DNA of 64,000 nucleotides from Candidatus Levyibacteriota bacterium (GTDB lineage Bacteria > Patescibacteriota > Microgenomatia > Levybacterales > UBA12049): contig JACOXU010000001.1 of the NCBI GenBank assembly GCA_016182185.1, positions 207,251 to 271,250 on the forward strand. The letters run 5' to 3'. This document shows positions 27,557 to 36,764 of this stretch, piece by piece. The notes beneath the pieces are model-generated. The model saw only the letters and a program-made list of their open reading frames with translations, was not told where the DNA came from and did not search any database. A program made the position numbers and the translations under genes. Each line of letters starts with the position of its first letter. Within the stretch, counting starts at the first letter, position 1.

Positions 27557-28252
27557 ATGAACAGAATAAAACCAACAGTTTCTATTATTGTCCCTCTTTA
27601 TAACGACAAGAAATTTATTCTCGAAACTCTAAAAAGAATCGAAAAAGCAAAAATTCCGGGATTTAAAAAAGAAATAATTGTCGTCGATGATTATTCAACA
27701 GATGGAGGGCGCGAACTTATTAAAAAATATAAAAACAAATATAAAATCATTCTTCACAAAAAAAATATCGGGGTCGGCGGCGCATTACGCTCGGGCATTA
27801 AGGTGGCGACAGGAGAATATATTGTAAGACAAGACGATGATCTTGAATATGACCCGAATGATATTTTTTACCTTCTTCATCCGCTCATAACAAACCAGGC
27901 TGACATAGTATATGGATCCCGAACCCTAAATAAAAATAATGATTATTCTAAAAAATCCTACTATTGGGGAGGAAGACTACTTAATCTAATTTTTAACATC
28001 TTATATTTAAATACCATAAGCGATTTCATCACGGGTTCAAAAGTTTTTAAAAGAAGTGTATTTAACAATTTGCACCTTGAGACAAATGGGTTTGAGATTG
28101 AATCTGAAATATCGGCAAAAGCCACCAAGGAAAAATACCGGATAGTAAGCCTGCCTATAGCGTATCGCTCCCGAAGTTTTGAAGAGGGTAAAAATATCCG
28201 TTGGTACCATGCTTTTTCAATAATAGTGACTTTGATTAAATATAGGTTCTAG
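27557..28252 (+). CDS. GT2-family glycosyltransferase (DPM1-like, soluble)
   Basis: VSIIVPLYNDKKFI...IIVVDDYSTDGG...QDDDLEYDP. Confidence 0.8.
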   Translation: MNRIKPTVSIIVPLYNDKKFILETLKRIEKAKIPGFKKEIIVVDDYSTDGGRELIKKYKNKYKIILHKKNIGVGGALRSGIKVATGEYIVRQDDDLEYDPNDIFYLLHPLITNQADIVYGSRTLNKNNDYSKKSYYWGGRLLNLIFNILYLNTISDFITGSKVFKRSVFNNLHLETNGFEIESEISAKATKEKYRIVSLPIAYRSRSFEEGKNIRWYHAFSIIVTLIKYRF

Positions 28253-28267
28253 ATAACATTTTCAATA

Positions 28268-28296
28268 TTGCTACAATTTTCCTAATCGTGTATTAT
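28268..28296 (+). promoter_or_regulatory. sigma70-like promoter; leaderless transcript for 28304..28846
   Basis: TTGCTA (28268-73), a 17-nt spacer, TATTAT (28291-96), then 7 nt to the ATG at 28304. Confidence 0.45.
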
Positions 28297-28303
28297 TTAT
28301 AGA

Positions 28304-28846
28304 ATGAAATTTATAACTCTCTTATCCTTGTTTTTCGTAACTTTATTTTTAGCAAATACACCATCGCTTTATGCGCAGGGGTCAACGGAATCTGCAAGCC
28401 CAAAGGTAGATTACACGCTTCCCTATCCTGGAATACTTCCTGATCATCCGCTTTATAAACTAAAAGTTCTGCGGGATAAATTAATTCCTTTATTTATCAG
28501 TGCTCCGCAAAAAAAGGTTGAATTTTATTTACTTCAAACAGATAAAGGTATCGAGGCAACCAGAGTGCTTGTAAAAAAGGGTGATATTGAGCTTGCTAAA
28601 GAAACGGGACTCAAGGCAGAAAATAATTATACAATCCTTTCATATATTGTCAAAGCAAATAAATTGGATATATCCGATAAAGAGTATGCTAAGCTTTATT
28701 TGGCGGCTGAGAAACATCAGGATGTATTACGCACGATTATTTCATCAGTTCCCAAGAAGGATCAAAAGATCTTTCAGACAATACTATATTTTTCTGAGAA
28801 GAATGAGAAAGAAATCAAAAATACACAAAATTCTCTCATCAAGTAA
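28304..28846 (+). CDS. small secreted protein with a conserved LPYPG(I/F)xPxxPxYK N-terminal motif (paralog A)
   Basis: Signal peptide (MKFITLLSLFFVTLFLANTPSLYAQG), then YTLPYPGILPDHPLYKLKVLRDKLI. It is homologous over its full length to 57806..58333. Confidence 0.6.
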   Translation: MKFITLLSLFFVTLFLANTPSLYAQGSTESASPKVDYTLPYPGILPDHPLYKLKVLRDKLIPLFISAPQKKVEFYLLQTDKGIEATRVLVKKGDIELAKETGLKAENNYTILSYIVKANKLDISDKEYAKLYLAAEKHQDVLRTIISSVPKKDQKIFQTILYFSEKNEKEIKNTQNSLIK

Positions 28847-28895
28847 AACTCGATCCATTCTTCTAAGTCACCGCTTTCAAACAGTTAAGGAATTT

Positions 28896-30599
28896 GTGGA
28901 GAAAAATTTTTACTCAATTCTTCTTGTTTCTCTTATTATCGGAATTTCTATAAGTCATATCCTATACGTCATAAAGACCTATCAATACCCCCAATGGGAC
29001 GAACATCCATACCTAGATTATGCTGTCAATGTGCTCCCCCTTATAAAACATCCAACAATTTCCATATGGAACGATATACTGCATATTACAAAATTTAGAC
29101 AACCGCTTTATTCAGTTATTATTGCCATTGTACTTAGTATCTTTGGAACAATACATGCCTACAAAACTATACTCATTCTAAACGGCATTTTCTATTCCTT
29201 AACAATAATTGGAACATATTTTTTGGCAAAACACTTTATGAATCGCTTTCTTTCGCTTCTAGCAGCATACAGCTTTGCCTTTTATGGATTTCCGCTTTTT
29301 TATCTTCATTTCACCGTAAGTGAAACAGCCACGACAACATTTATTATTCTTTCGTTACTCTTTCTTATGAAATCAGATATCTTTAAAAAAAATATCTACA
29401 CCATATTATTTTCAATTTTTGCCAGTTTTAGCTTACTTGTTAGATGGGAAAGTATTATTTTCCTCATCGGCCCATCGCTATGGATTTTTTTGTTTTATAT
29501 AAAATTTGTTTTAAAACAGAATAAACTGAATGTCATTCGCATTGTATCCACGGTTAAGCCTATGCTTCTCATAATATTTTTCTTTGTTATTCCTACGCTC
29601 CTCCTCTATTACGTGCCCAATTTTAACTATTTTAAACAATATGTAGAAGAAAATAGAATGTATGGACCAATCTGGGCACCTGGATCAATAAAAAACCCCT
29701 TTTCCCCATCTTCATTAATTTGGTACTCAAATGTCTTAGCGCAGCAAACGATTTTCTTTTGGTTATTATTTATCGCCGGATTTTTACTAAGCGTATCAAA
29801 AATAAGAAAAAATGGCTTTCTTGTTATAACCTTCCTGACGCCATATATAGTTTTGACAATTGGTGGAGTTTGGAAAGACGACAGATTTATTGTTCCAATT
29901 TATCCATACATGGCTATTTTATCTATAACGTGTATAGATATGATTAAATTAAAAAAAATAAAATATTTGTTGATAGGCAGTGTTATCGTAATCGGATTTC
30001 TTAATTTTTTGGGCGCAAGTTGGGGCATTGGCCCTATGAAATTCAGCGTAACAGGAAACCGTACAACTGTTCCGCATTCAATTCTCGTCCCAATGCCAAT
30101 CGGGCATCCCAGGCGGGTGTGGTTTGCTCCAATTTCCTGGCCCCCAAGAGAAAACGAAGGAAATTCAGATTTAATCCTCAAGACAATTCTGGAAGATAAT
30201 AAAAATGAGAAAAGACCAAATGTCCTTCTTACATTTTCTATCCCTCAGATAGAAGGACCTTTATATAAAACTGTTCTCTATGAACAAAGAGATATTATTG
30301 ACCTTCGCGCTCTTTGGGGATTCAATGCCGATGATTACGAAATATTGTTTAACAGAATCAAAAATGCTGACTACATCTTGATTAAAGAAGAAGGCGCCTT
30401 TGATGATCAGTTTGATGGCAAACTTGACTTGCTGCAAACCTTTAACGAAACCATACGATCTTCTAATGTCCGGCTTCCCATGGCGTACCAGAAATTAAAA
30501 GAGGTAAACATTCCTTTTGATGAAAGTCGAGTATATATTTATAAAAGAATTCGCTCTCTGTCTCAAGAAGATATTGAAACATTTGAAGAAATTTTTTAG
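28896..30599 (+). CDS. polytopic membrane protein, putative GT-C glycosyltransferase with a C-terminal soluble domain; start uncertain
   Basis: The track ORF 28581..30599 overlaps the previous gene by 266 nt. An in-frame GTG at 28896, preceded by AAGGA, gives MEKNFYSILLV... without overlap. The first loop has YPQWDEHPYLDY (DE motif). Confidence 0.45.
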   Translation: MEKNFYSILLVSLIIGISISHILYVIKTYQYPQWDEHPYLDYAVNVLPLIKHPTISIWNDILHITKFRQPLYSVIIAIVLSIFGTIHAYKTILILNGIFYSLTIIGTYFLAKHFMNRFLSLLAAYSFAFYGFPLFYLHFTVSETATTTFIILSLLFLMKSDIFKKNIYTILFSIFASFSLLVRWESIIFLIGPSLWIFLFYIKFVLKQNKLNVIRIVSTVKPMLLIIFFFVIPTLLLYYVPNFNYFKQYVEENRMYGPIWAPGSIKNPFSPSSLIWYSNVLAQQTIFFWLLFIAGFLLSVSKIRKNGFLVITFLTPYIVLTIGGVWKDDRFIVPIYPYMAILSITCIDMIKLKKIKYLLIGSVIVIGFLNFLGASWGIGPMKFSVTGNRTTVPHSILVPMPIGHPRRVWFAPISWPPRENEGNSDLILKTILEDNKNEKRPNVLLTFSIPQIEGPLYKTVLYEQRDIIDLRALWGFNADDYEILFNRIKNADYILIKEEGAFDDQFDGKLDLLQTFNETIRSSNVRLPMAYQKLKEVNIPFDESRVYIYKRIRSLSQEDIETFEEIF

Positions 30600-30961
30600 A
30601 TTTTATTTCTTAAATCCCACAGATATTGTCCAAGACCTAAAACCATCAGACCGTAAACGATATTTCCCAGGTTCTCCGAAAGAGGGCTATCAATGGTTAA
30701 TATATTTATCACTGCGTTTACCCCAAGAAGAGTCATGGTAAAAATAACCGTATGTCTTGCCTTTAAATTAAAAAGAAGTAAAATTGCAATATAGAAAACG
30801 ATAGCTGAAATTATTGGATCACCAAACACTAAGTTTAAATATGGAACATTTTTTGAGAAATCAAAGAAGTAAAGTAAGAAAAGCAGGAATATAATTTTTG
30901 TAAAATTTCTTCGTATAAATTCAGAACTTTTGTTCCGTAAATAATCTAATCTATTTTTCAT
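30596..30961 (-). CDS. small 3-4-TM membrane protein; last gene of the long leftward operon
   Basis: A 121-aa hydrophobic ORF. It is convergent with the plus-strand gene and its stop codon overlaps at TTAG. Confidence 0.4.
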   Translation of the reverse strand: MKNRLDYLRNKSSEFIRRNFTKIIFLLFLLYFFDFSKNVPYLNLVFGDPIISAIVFYIAILLLFNLKARHTVIFTMTLLGVNAVINILTIDSPLSENLGNIVYGLMVLGLGQYLWDLRNKI

Positions 30962-33900
30962 TTTTAATCAAAACTATAGCTAGCGAACCTAAGACAATAA
31001 AAACGCTCGAAAATGTAATTAAAAATCCAATCCAGGTTATGATCTGAGGAAAATAAATTACTGCCAGAAAACTATTATCATCAAGATTATTCGGGTCGAT
31101 ATACCACGCGTTTGCGTAATTATTGGCCATGTAATGATTGGATTTTTCAAGTTCTCTGCCTTTAATAACTGTGTATATTTGCATTGTTGCTTGACAAACT
31201 ATATTTGTACAATCTTTAAGCGGCATTTTATTGGGCATTTTAAATAGCCTCCAACCCTCAGAGTAACCCTGTTTCAGTAAAATAAAAAATGGATTTTTTT
31301 GAGATTTTATATTAAATGCATAAAACGTAGGATTATGTTTTTGTAAATCAGGAAAAATTGTTGACGAAACAGGAATAACATCTCTCCTGGTTGGCAAAAG
31401 CATTAGGATTGGATCTTTTATCAACTGATGCATTTTTAATTTTTCAATATTTATAGATTGAGAGTTATTTCGCGGATCTGAATAATTAAATCCTAAAATA
31501 ATTTCTCTAGTCCTGTTTGGGGTCTCAAATATAATTCGTTGTTCTTCGTCTTTTTTGGGAGTCAGCACTTTAGATGCAACTGTTTGTTTCTTTTCACCCT
31601 GTAATACGGCAGTGACGCTTATTTTAGTATCTCTAGTCGAATTCTCTTTATATTTAAAGCTCAATAGATATTTCTGATTTGGTTTTATAAATGTAGGAGA
31701 AATATAAGAAGGATCGCCGTAGGACGCGATATCTACATTAGAAACGGAAAGCAAATTTTTATATTGAGGCGTATTAACGGAAACTTTATAAGTTCCCTTA
31801 TCTAGGGAAATCTTTCCGTAATTAAACCCGAGATTCGGATCAGAAGATTCTATGTCTTTATTTTCTTTCGTATTTTCTAACACAATGCTTGATTTGACAG
31901 AATTCTCATCAAAAATATTTGCATATTCAATGGGGTCTTCTGAGACTAGGTAAAAAGTGTATGAATCTAGTTTGGGAATATTAACTGTAAATTTTAAAGA
32001 ACTTTCCTGGGATGTCCGCCAAAAATTTTTATTTCCGAGAATCCGTAATTTTTCTATTTTTTCATATATAGATTCGAGCTTCTTATCAAATTCACTTGAA
32101 TGAGAAAGTTCATAGCTTAAATTTCTAGTTTCATTCGCCATTGCAGTCGTAAAACTTTCCATGTACTGATTGTAGGGATAATTAATCGGCTCATTAAGAA
32201 TCTCTATACTTCTGATCTTATAAATATCATCAAGTAGTATTTCTACATCAGCGAAAGTTTCGTTTATTACTTTTGCGTATGTGGACTGAGAAAACTTATT
32301 TTCTGTTTTTGATAAAATAAGTGATAAATTTTTTATTTCGTCTATCCTCCTTAGTGCGTATCCTGCCATAAGAGAAGTTTTCTTCTGGTTAGTTCCTGAA
32401 ATTTTAACATTTATTCTCTCCTTTAATCTTAGAAAGCTGTAAAAAGGGGATGTAGAAAGCATGTTTGATTTTTGAATAGGAAAACTTGGAGGAGAAATAT
32501 CAGTGTCGCAAAAATTGCACTCTGCTGTGATTACTGCTCTGTCAATTGGCGTTTTTATTTTTTCAGTATCGACTGTATTTGGAATTACAATTGTATTAAC
32601 GTTTAAAAGTTTTATAAATTTATCCAGATTCGTTACATCGTTTGTATAGGACACGGCTTGTTTTACATCAAGTGGTAAAAATTTGTAACCATCTCTTTTT
32701 GGCAACTCGTAAACAACCCATCTATCAAATATATAAACAGGCTTTATCCAAGGCGATTCTGAGAGTATATTCTCGTAATAACTTACTGGGAAATCATCTA
32801 GATTTGTTTGCACGTCTTTTCTGAATAAAATAAACTTAACATCGAGTAAATCAGCAATTGAAATGGTTTTTTTCTCATCTTTTGATTCAATTACCTTGTA
32901 AAACTGATCGACGATATCATACTGTTCCTTGCTTAAAAAGATGCTATCTGAAATGACAGATTTTTCTGTCAGAAGGTTTATAAAGGGAGTTAGGCTCCAA
33001 TAATTCCATGTATATTGATCCGCCCGTCCTCTTTGAAGCCTAGGGTAAAGCAGAATTTTGTTATTATCTTTTTTCTCATTAATCCACTTTTGGAAGTCAA
33101 AAGAATATTGAGGAGGACGAACCATTGTCGAAAGGGGCGTATCCCATTTGAAAAAAACCCCTGTAAAAAACGGGTAGCTATAGATACCTGTCAGAAGTAG
33201 AAAAAGTACCAACGTAAGTAACTTGATGATTTTTTTAAACAATTCTCTTTTAAAATTTATTTGAGATATTTTTTCAATAAACGTAGAAAAGGAATAAGAT
33301 ATCAAAACCGCATATCCAATCCAAAGCATATAGCCAAACTTGTAAAATGGGGTACGTATTGTGGCGAAACCGGGAATATTAAGTAGACTTGAGAATATAA
33401 AACCCAAAGGAGATCTGGTTCCGCTCATGAAAAATATTGTCAAAAGTAATAAACCAAAGAAAAAACCTATAAAAACTTTATCCTTACGATTTACTTTCTT
33501 TAGAATTAATGAAGTCAATACCATTAGAGACCAAACAAAACTAATAATAATAAAAAACGGATTTTTCAAAAGTATATTTGAATAAGGATGGTTTTCAATG
33601 TCGTACCAGCCCGAGAATCCTTGAAGTCTTAGTAAATTATCAAACGTCGCATATCTTGTAATTATCTCAACCCAGCTTGAAACACCCGCAACTCCTCCTG
33701 CTAAATTAAGTTCTGCTGTATAATTATTTTTTACATAATTACCAAAGGGTAAAATCCAATAAGCATTAAATAAAATAAAAAATATTATTAACACTGTGAT
33801 AAATTTACCGCAGGCGAAAAAATTTTTCCTTCTATGTTTTTGTGAAAATGAGATAAACCCAAAGTAGATAAAAAACCAGATCAGAGCTAGTCCTAAACCC

Positions 33901-34505
33901 GCAACTATTGGAATACCGACTCCTCCCGTACCATTAAAAATGGTAAGAAGAAATGCTCCAATTATACCCAGTAAAAGAAAATTATCTCCTTTTGTAAAAA
34001 TTTTTATTAAAAATGCAATAAGTATTGGGGTAACAATTACAAAGGAGATTTCTTGCTTTAAGGCCACAAACCAAGCTTGAAGCAAATAGTGATTTAGACT
34101 ATAAAAAATACTACCTGAGAGAAGAAAATATAAACTATATTTTCTTGGAAAATCTTTATTGTCTATAATTGTTTTTAAAAGATAAAACATCGATAAGCCT
34201 GGCAAAACAAACCAAATCATAAAGACTATTATTTGTCCAGTTCTAATGGGAACTCCTAAAAGTTGAAGAATTGCCTCCGGAAGATACGTAGCGATAGCCC
34301 CTATGTTAAATGATGCATCAGAGCCTAAATTCAATGTATCAGACCAGATAAAAATTCTATTAATAACTCTTGAAAGAGGATCTAGCGAATAACCCATATC
34401 ATGACCGGAAGCAATAAATCCCGGCTTAAACCAAAGTAGAGGAATTAAACCAATTAAAAAAAGGGGAAATAATGGAATAAGAGCTTTCAATCTATTGCGC
34501 CACAT
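30951..34505 (-). CDS. giant (1184 aa) polytopic membrane protein, AftD/arabinofuranosyltransferase-like GT-C architecture
   Basis: About 12 N-terminal TM helices with an early loop FIASGHDMGYSLDP, a 600-aa soluble domain and a C-terminal TM anchor (ITWIGFLITFSSVFIVLGSLAIVL). Confidence 0.45.
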   Translation of the reverse strand: MWRNRLKALIPLFPLFLIGLIPLLWFKPGFIASGHDMGYSLDPLSRVINRIFIWSDTLNLGSDASFNIGAIATYLPEAILQLLGVPIRTGQIIVFMIWFVLPGLSMFYLLKTIIDNKDFPRKYSLYFLLSGSIFYSLNHYLLQAWFVALKQEISFVIVTPILIAFLIKIFTKGDNFLLLGIIGAFLLTIFNGTGGVGIPIVAGLGLALIWFFIYFGFISFSQKHRRKNFFACGKFITVLIIFFILFNAYWILPFGNYVKNNYTAELNLAGGVAGVSSWVEIITRYATFDNLLRLQGFSGWYDIENHPYSNILLKNPFFIIISFVWSLMVLTSLILKKVNRKDKVFIGFFFGLLLLTIFFMSGTRSPLGFIFSSLLNIPGFATIRTPFYKFGYMLWIGYAVLISYSFSTFIEKISQINFKRELFKKIIKLLTLVLFLLLTGIYSYPFFTGVFFKWDTPLSTMVRPPQYSFDFQKWINEKKDNNKILLYPRLQRGRADQYTWNYWSLTPFINLLTEKSVISDSIFLSKEQYDIVDQFYKVIESKDEKKTISIADLLDVKFILFRKDVQTNLDDFPVSYYENILSESPWIKPVYIFDRWVVYELPKRDGYKFLPLDVKQAVSYTNDVTNLDKFIKLLNVNTIVIPNTVDTEKIKTPIDRAVITAECNFCDTDISPPSFPIQKSNMLSTSPFYSFLRLKERINVKISGTNQKKTSLMAGYALRRIDEIKNLSLILSKTENKFSQSTYAKVINETFADVEILLDDIYKIRSIEILNEPINYPYNQYMESFTTAMANETRNLSYELSHSSEFDKKLESIYEKIEKLRILGNKNFWRTSQESSLKFTVNIPKLDSYTFYLVSEDPIEYANIFDENSVKSSIVLENTKENKDIESSDPNLGFNYGKISLDKGTYKVSVNTPQYKNLLSVSNVDIASYGDPSYISPTFIKPNQKYLLSFKYKENSTRDTKISVTAVLQGEKKQTVASKVLTPKKDEEQRIIFETPNRTREIILGFNYSDPRNNSQSINIEKLKMHQLIKDPILMLLPTRRDVIPVSSTIFPDLQKHNPTFYAFNIKSQKNPFFILLKQGYSEGWRLFKMPNKMPLKDCTNIVCQATMQIYTVIKGRELEKSNHYMANNYANAWYIDPNNLDDNSFLAVIYFPQIITWIGFLITFSSVFIVLGSLAIVLIKNEK

Positions 34506-35178
34506 AAAAAACAGTCGAGTTTATGAAGGGAAGATTGCTGTTAAATGGAAAAATTATGTTTAATCTGGAATCAATTCTGTATAAAAATGGAAAAAATGTA
34601 ACAGGTTGAAATTTTACCTCTTTAAAACCGGCATCTTTCATAAACCTCCTCCACTTTTTAGGATGTAAAACATTGACATGAGTATTAATCTCTATATATT
34701 TTTTAAAAGGGTATGGAGTAGTAGCGATCAACTTTCCATTCTTATTAAGTGATTTCTTTATGTTAATCAAACCTGATAAAGGATCAGTCAGATGCTCTAG
34801 TACTTCAAATGCGAAAATAAAATCGAATTTTTCCCTGATAGGAATTTCCTCCTGTACATCACACACCAAAAAATTTACCTCTGGGGAAAGTTTTTTCGCT
34901 CTACTTATAGCATACCTTGATATATCTACTGCCCATGCATTGCTTCCCTTCTCCTGAAAAATGTCTGCTATGCCACCTATCGCACATCCTACTTCCAATA
35001 CTTTCCTTGCCTTCTTAAATGAAACTGAAAAGTGTTGCTCAAAAAATGAAAGCTGCCCTTTAAACCAATACCTGTTTCTTTTTAACGCGCTTGAATCAAA
35101 GTCTCCAACTGCATTAAACTGTTTTATAAAATAGCCTTTGTCGTAATCTTTTTTTTTATTCTTAAGTTTTTTGTTCAT
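34492..35178 (-). CDS. class I SAM-dependent methyltransferase
   Basis: VLEVGCAIGGIADIF...AVDIS...FDFIFAFEVLEHL. Confidence 0.75.
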   Translation of the reverse strand: MNKKLKNKKKDYDKGYFIKQFNAVGDFDSSALKRNRYWFKGQLSFFEQHFSVSFKKARKVLEVGCAIGGIADIFQEKGSNAWAVDISRYAISRAKKLSPEVNFLVCDVQEEIPIREKFDFIFAFEVLEHLTDPLSGLINIKKSLNKNGKLIATTPYPFKKYIEINTHVNVLHPKKWRRFMKDAGFKEVKFQPVTFFPFLYRIDSRLNIIFPFNSNLPFINSTVFYVAQ

Positions 35179-36719
35179 CTGTCAAATATATCTTTTCTTA
35201 TTTTTCCTTCCATTGTTTTGGGAGCCGGTAAACCTAGAATATATAGCAAAGATGGTGCAATATCAAGTATTTGCATTTTCTCTACTTTAGAATTTCTTTT
35301 TTTAAGTTTATCATGATAATAAATAAACATTCCATCCCTCCCGTGCTCTGCACTTTTCGGAACCCCACCCTCAGATGCAAGCCCTATTTTACCCTTTTTT
35401 ATCCCTTTTTGAAGATGATACCCGCTCTTAGTTTCAACAATCAAATCCTGAGCATTTTCAACATACGGACCCGAGTATATCTCTTCCCTTCTGTAGACTC
35501 GTTTAATTATTTTTTCTCCGGTATTTGGATCTTTAAGGTTAAGTAACTTATTGATAACATAATTTCTTATTTTATTATAATCTTTTTCTTTTACAGCTCC
35601 TTTTTCTTCTCTACCGACAAGATTTACCCTTAAGCCTTGGCTTGAAGGCGTGGGAAAATAGACTTTTGTATTTGACCATTCAATGTGTAATTCTTTGCCC
35701 TCAATACCAGATGTTTGTGCCAAAAACGTAAAAATATTACCCGGTAAGATTCTCTGAACATATTGAGCAAGTCCCAATTTATAAGCCAATTTTCTTCCTA
35801 TTAAAATACTCTCTGTAAAGTACTTGGTTAAATATCCCGCATAATTTTTTTTAAAAGATAAAAGCTTCCATTCCTCCAAATATTTTTCAATAAACACATC
35901 ATTATAGAGAGCTTCGGTGCCATGATCTGAAAATATGAAAAAAGAGAAATTACGGAACGATTTGAGCAAATCTTCTAAAATCTTATCAAGAACTACATAA
36001 TATTCTTCTATTCTATTTTTTTTCTTTTTATTATCATAAAGCGGATGGCTCTTGTCGATATGGTGGTAAAAATAATGATGAACTCGATCTAACTGTGTAA
36101 GGAATATAAGAGACAAGTCCCAAGGATACTTTCTTAGCAAATATTTCACTGCTTTTGCATGATCGAGTGTTAAACGCACAATATCATCAAAATATAAATC
36201 TTCCTTGCCGTTTATAATATGATCACCAAGTACATCTATTTTGTATGATGGTGCCACTTGGAGTATTTCTTTTTTAATCGATGCAGGGTATGTAAAGTTT
36301 GTATTGACCCCAGGAGTGTTCATCCCGGAAACAAAAATTCCTTCAATTTTTTTTGGAGGATACCCCATCGGATAATTGAAAACGATTGTCTTTTTTTTGG
36401 CAAAACCAAGGAAATCCCAAACGGCGAGGGATGATCTATCAGTTGAATTTAATACCTCAACTCCATAATCGCTTGTATAAGAAAAGAAATCAAAAATATT
36501 ATGTTTTCCCGCATTTACTCCTGTCACTGCAGTTTCCCATGCGCAAGGAGTAATTGGAGGAACTGTACTTTCAAGTGCTCCATATATCCCCTCCTCCATT
36601 ATTTTTTTAAATGTAGGAAGATAACCTTTTTCTACTAACGGAGATAAAATACTTAAGGTTGCACTATCCAGCCCTAGACCGATTAGTTTCTTTTGACCAG
36701 CGCTCTTTTTTGCTTTCAT
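35175..36719 (-). CDS. alkaline-phosphatase-superfamily enzyme (type I phosphodiesterase/nucleotide pyrophosphatase-like)
   Basis: LIGLGLDSATLS...PPITPCAWETAVTGVNAGKHNIFDFF matches the NPP-family metal-site motifs (GlDg...PTxTxP...TG..P.HGI). Downstream there are LDRVHHYF and SDHG. Confidence 0.55.
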   Translation of the reverse strand: MKAKKSAGQKKLIGLGLDSATLSILSPLVEKGYLPTFKKIMEEGIYGALESTVPPITPCAWETAVTGVNAGKHNIFDFFSYTSDYGVEVLNSTDRSSLAVWDFLGFAKKKTIVFNYPMGYPPKKIEGIFVSGMNTPGVNTNFTYPASIKKEILQVAPSYKIDVLGDHIINGKEDLYFDDIVRLTLDHAKAVKYLLRKYPWDLSLIFLTQLDRVHHYFYHHIDKSHPLYDNKKKKNRIEEYYVVLDKILEDLLKSFRNFSFFIFSDHGTEALYNDVFIEKYLEEWKLLSFKKNYAGYLTKYFTESILIGRKLAYKLGLAQYVQRILPGNIFTFLAQTSGIEGKELHIEWSNTKVYFPTPSSQGLRVNLVGREEKGAVKEKDYNKIRNYVINKLLNLKDPNTGEKIIKRVYRREEIYSGPYVENAQDLIVETKSGYHLQKGIKKGKIGLASEGGVPKSAEHGRDGMFIYYHDKLKKRNSKVEKMQILDIAPSLLYILGLPAPKTMEGKIRKDIFDR

Positions 36720-36764
36720 ATGTTTTAAAGGGTAAAATTTTCTAGGTATTTACCAGAAACAATG

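Noticed and set aside
28581-28895. Upstream extension of the track ORF 28581..30599, overlapping the secreted-protein gene by 266 nt
   Set aside because: A long out-of-frame overlap is unlikely in a locus where all other overlaps are 1-35 nt. An in-frame GTG at 28896 with an AAGGA ribosome-binding site gives a sensible start. The internal ATG at 28803 remains a weaker alternative.
36720-36764. Inverted repeat ggtaaa...tttacc in the 45-bp gap upstream of 35175..36719
   Set aside because: It is a 6-bp A/T-rich stem with a 12-nt loop, too weak to call a terminator or attenuator.
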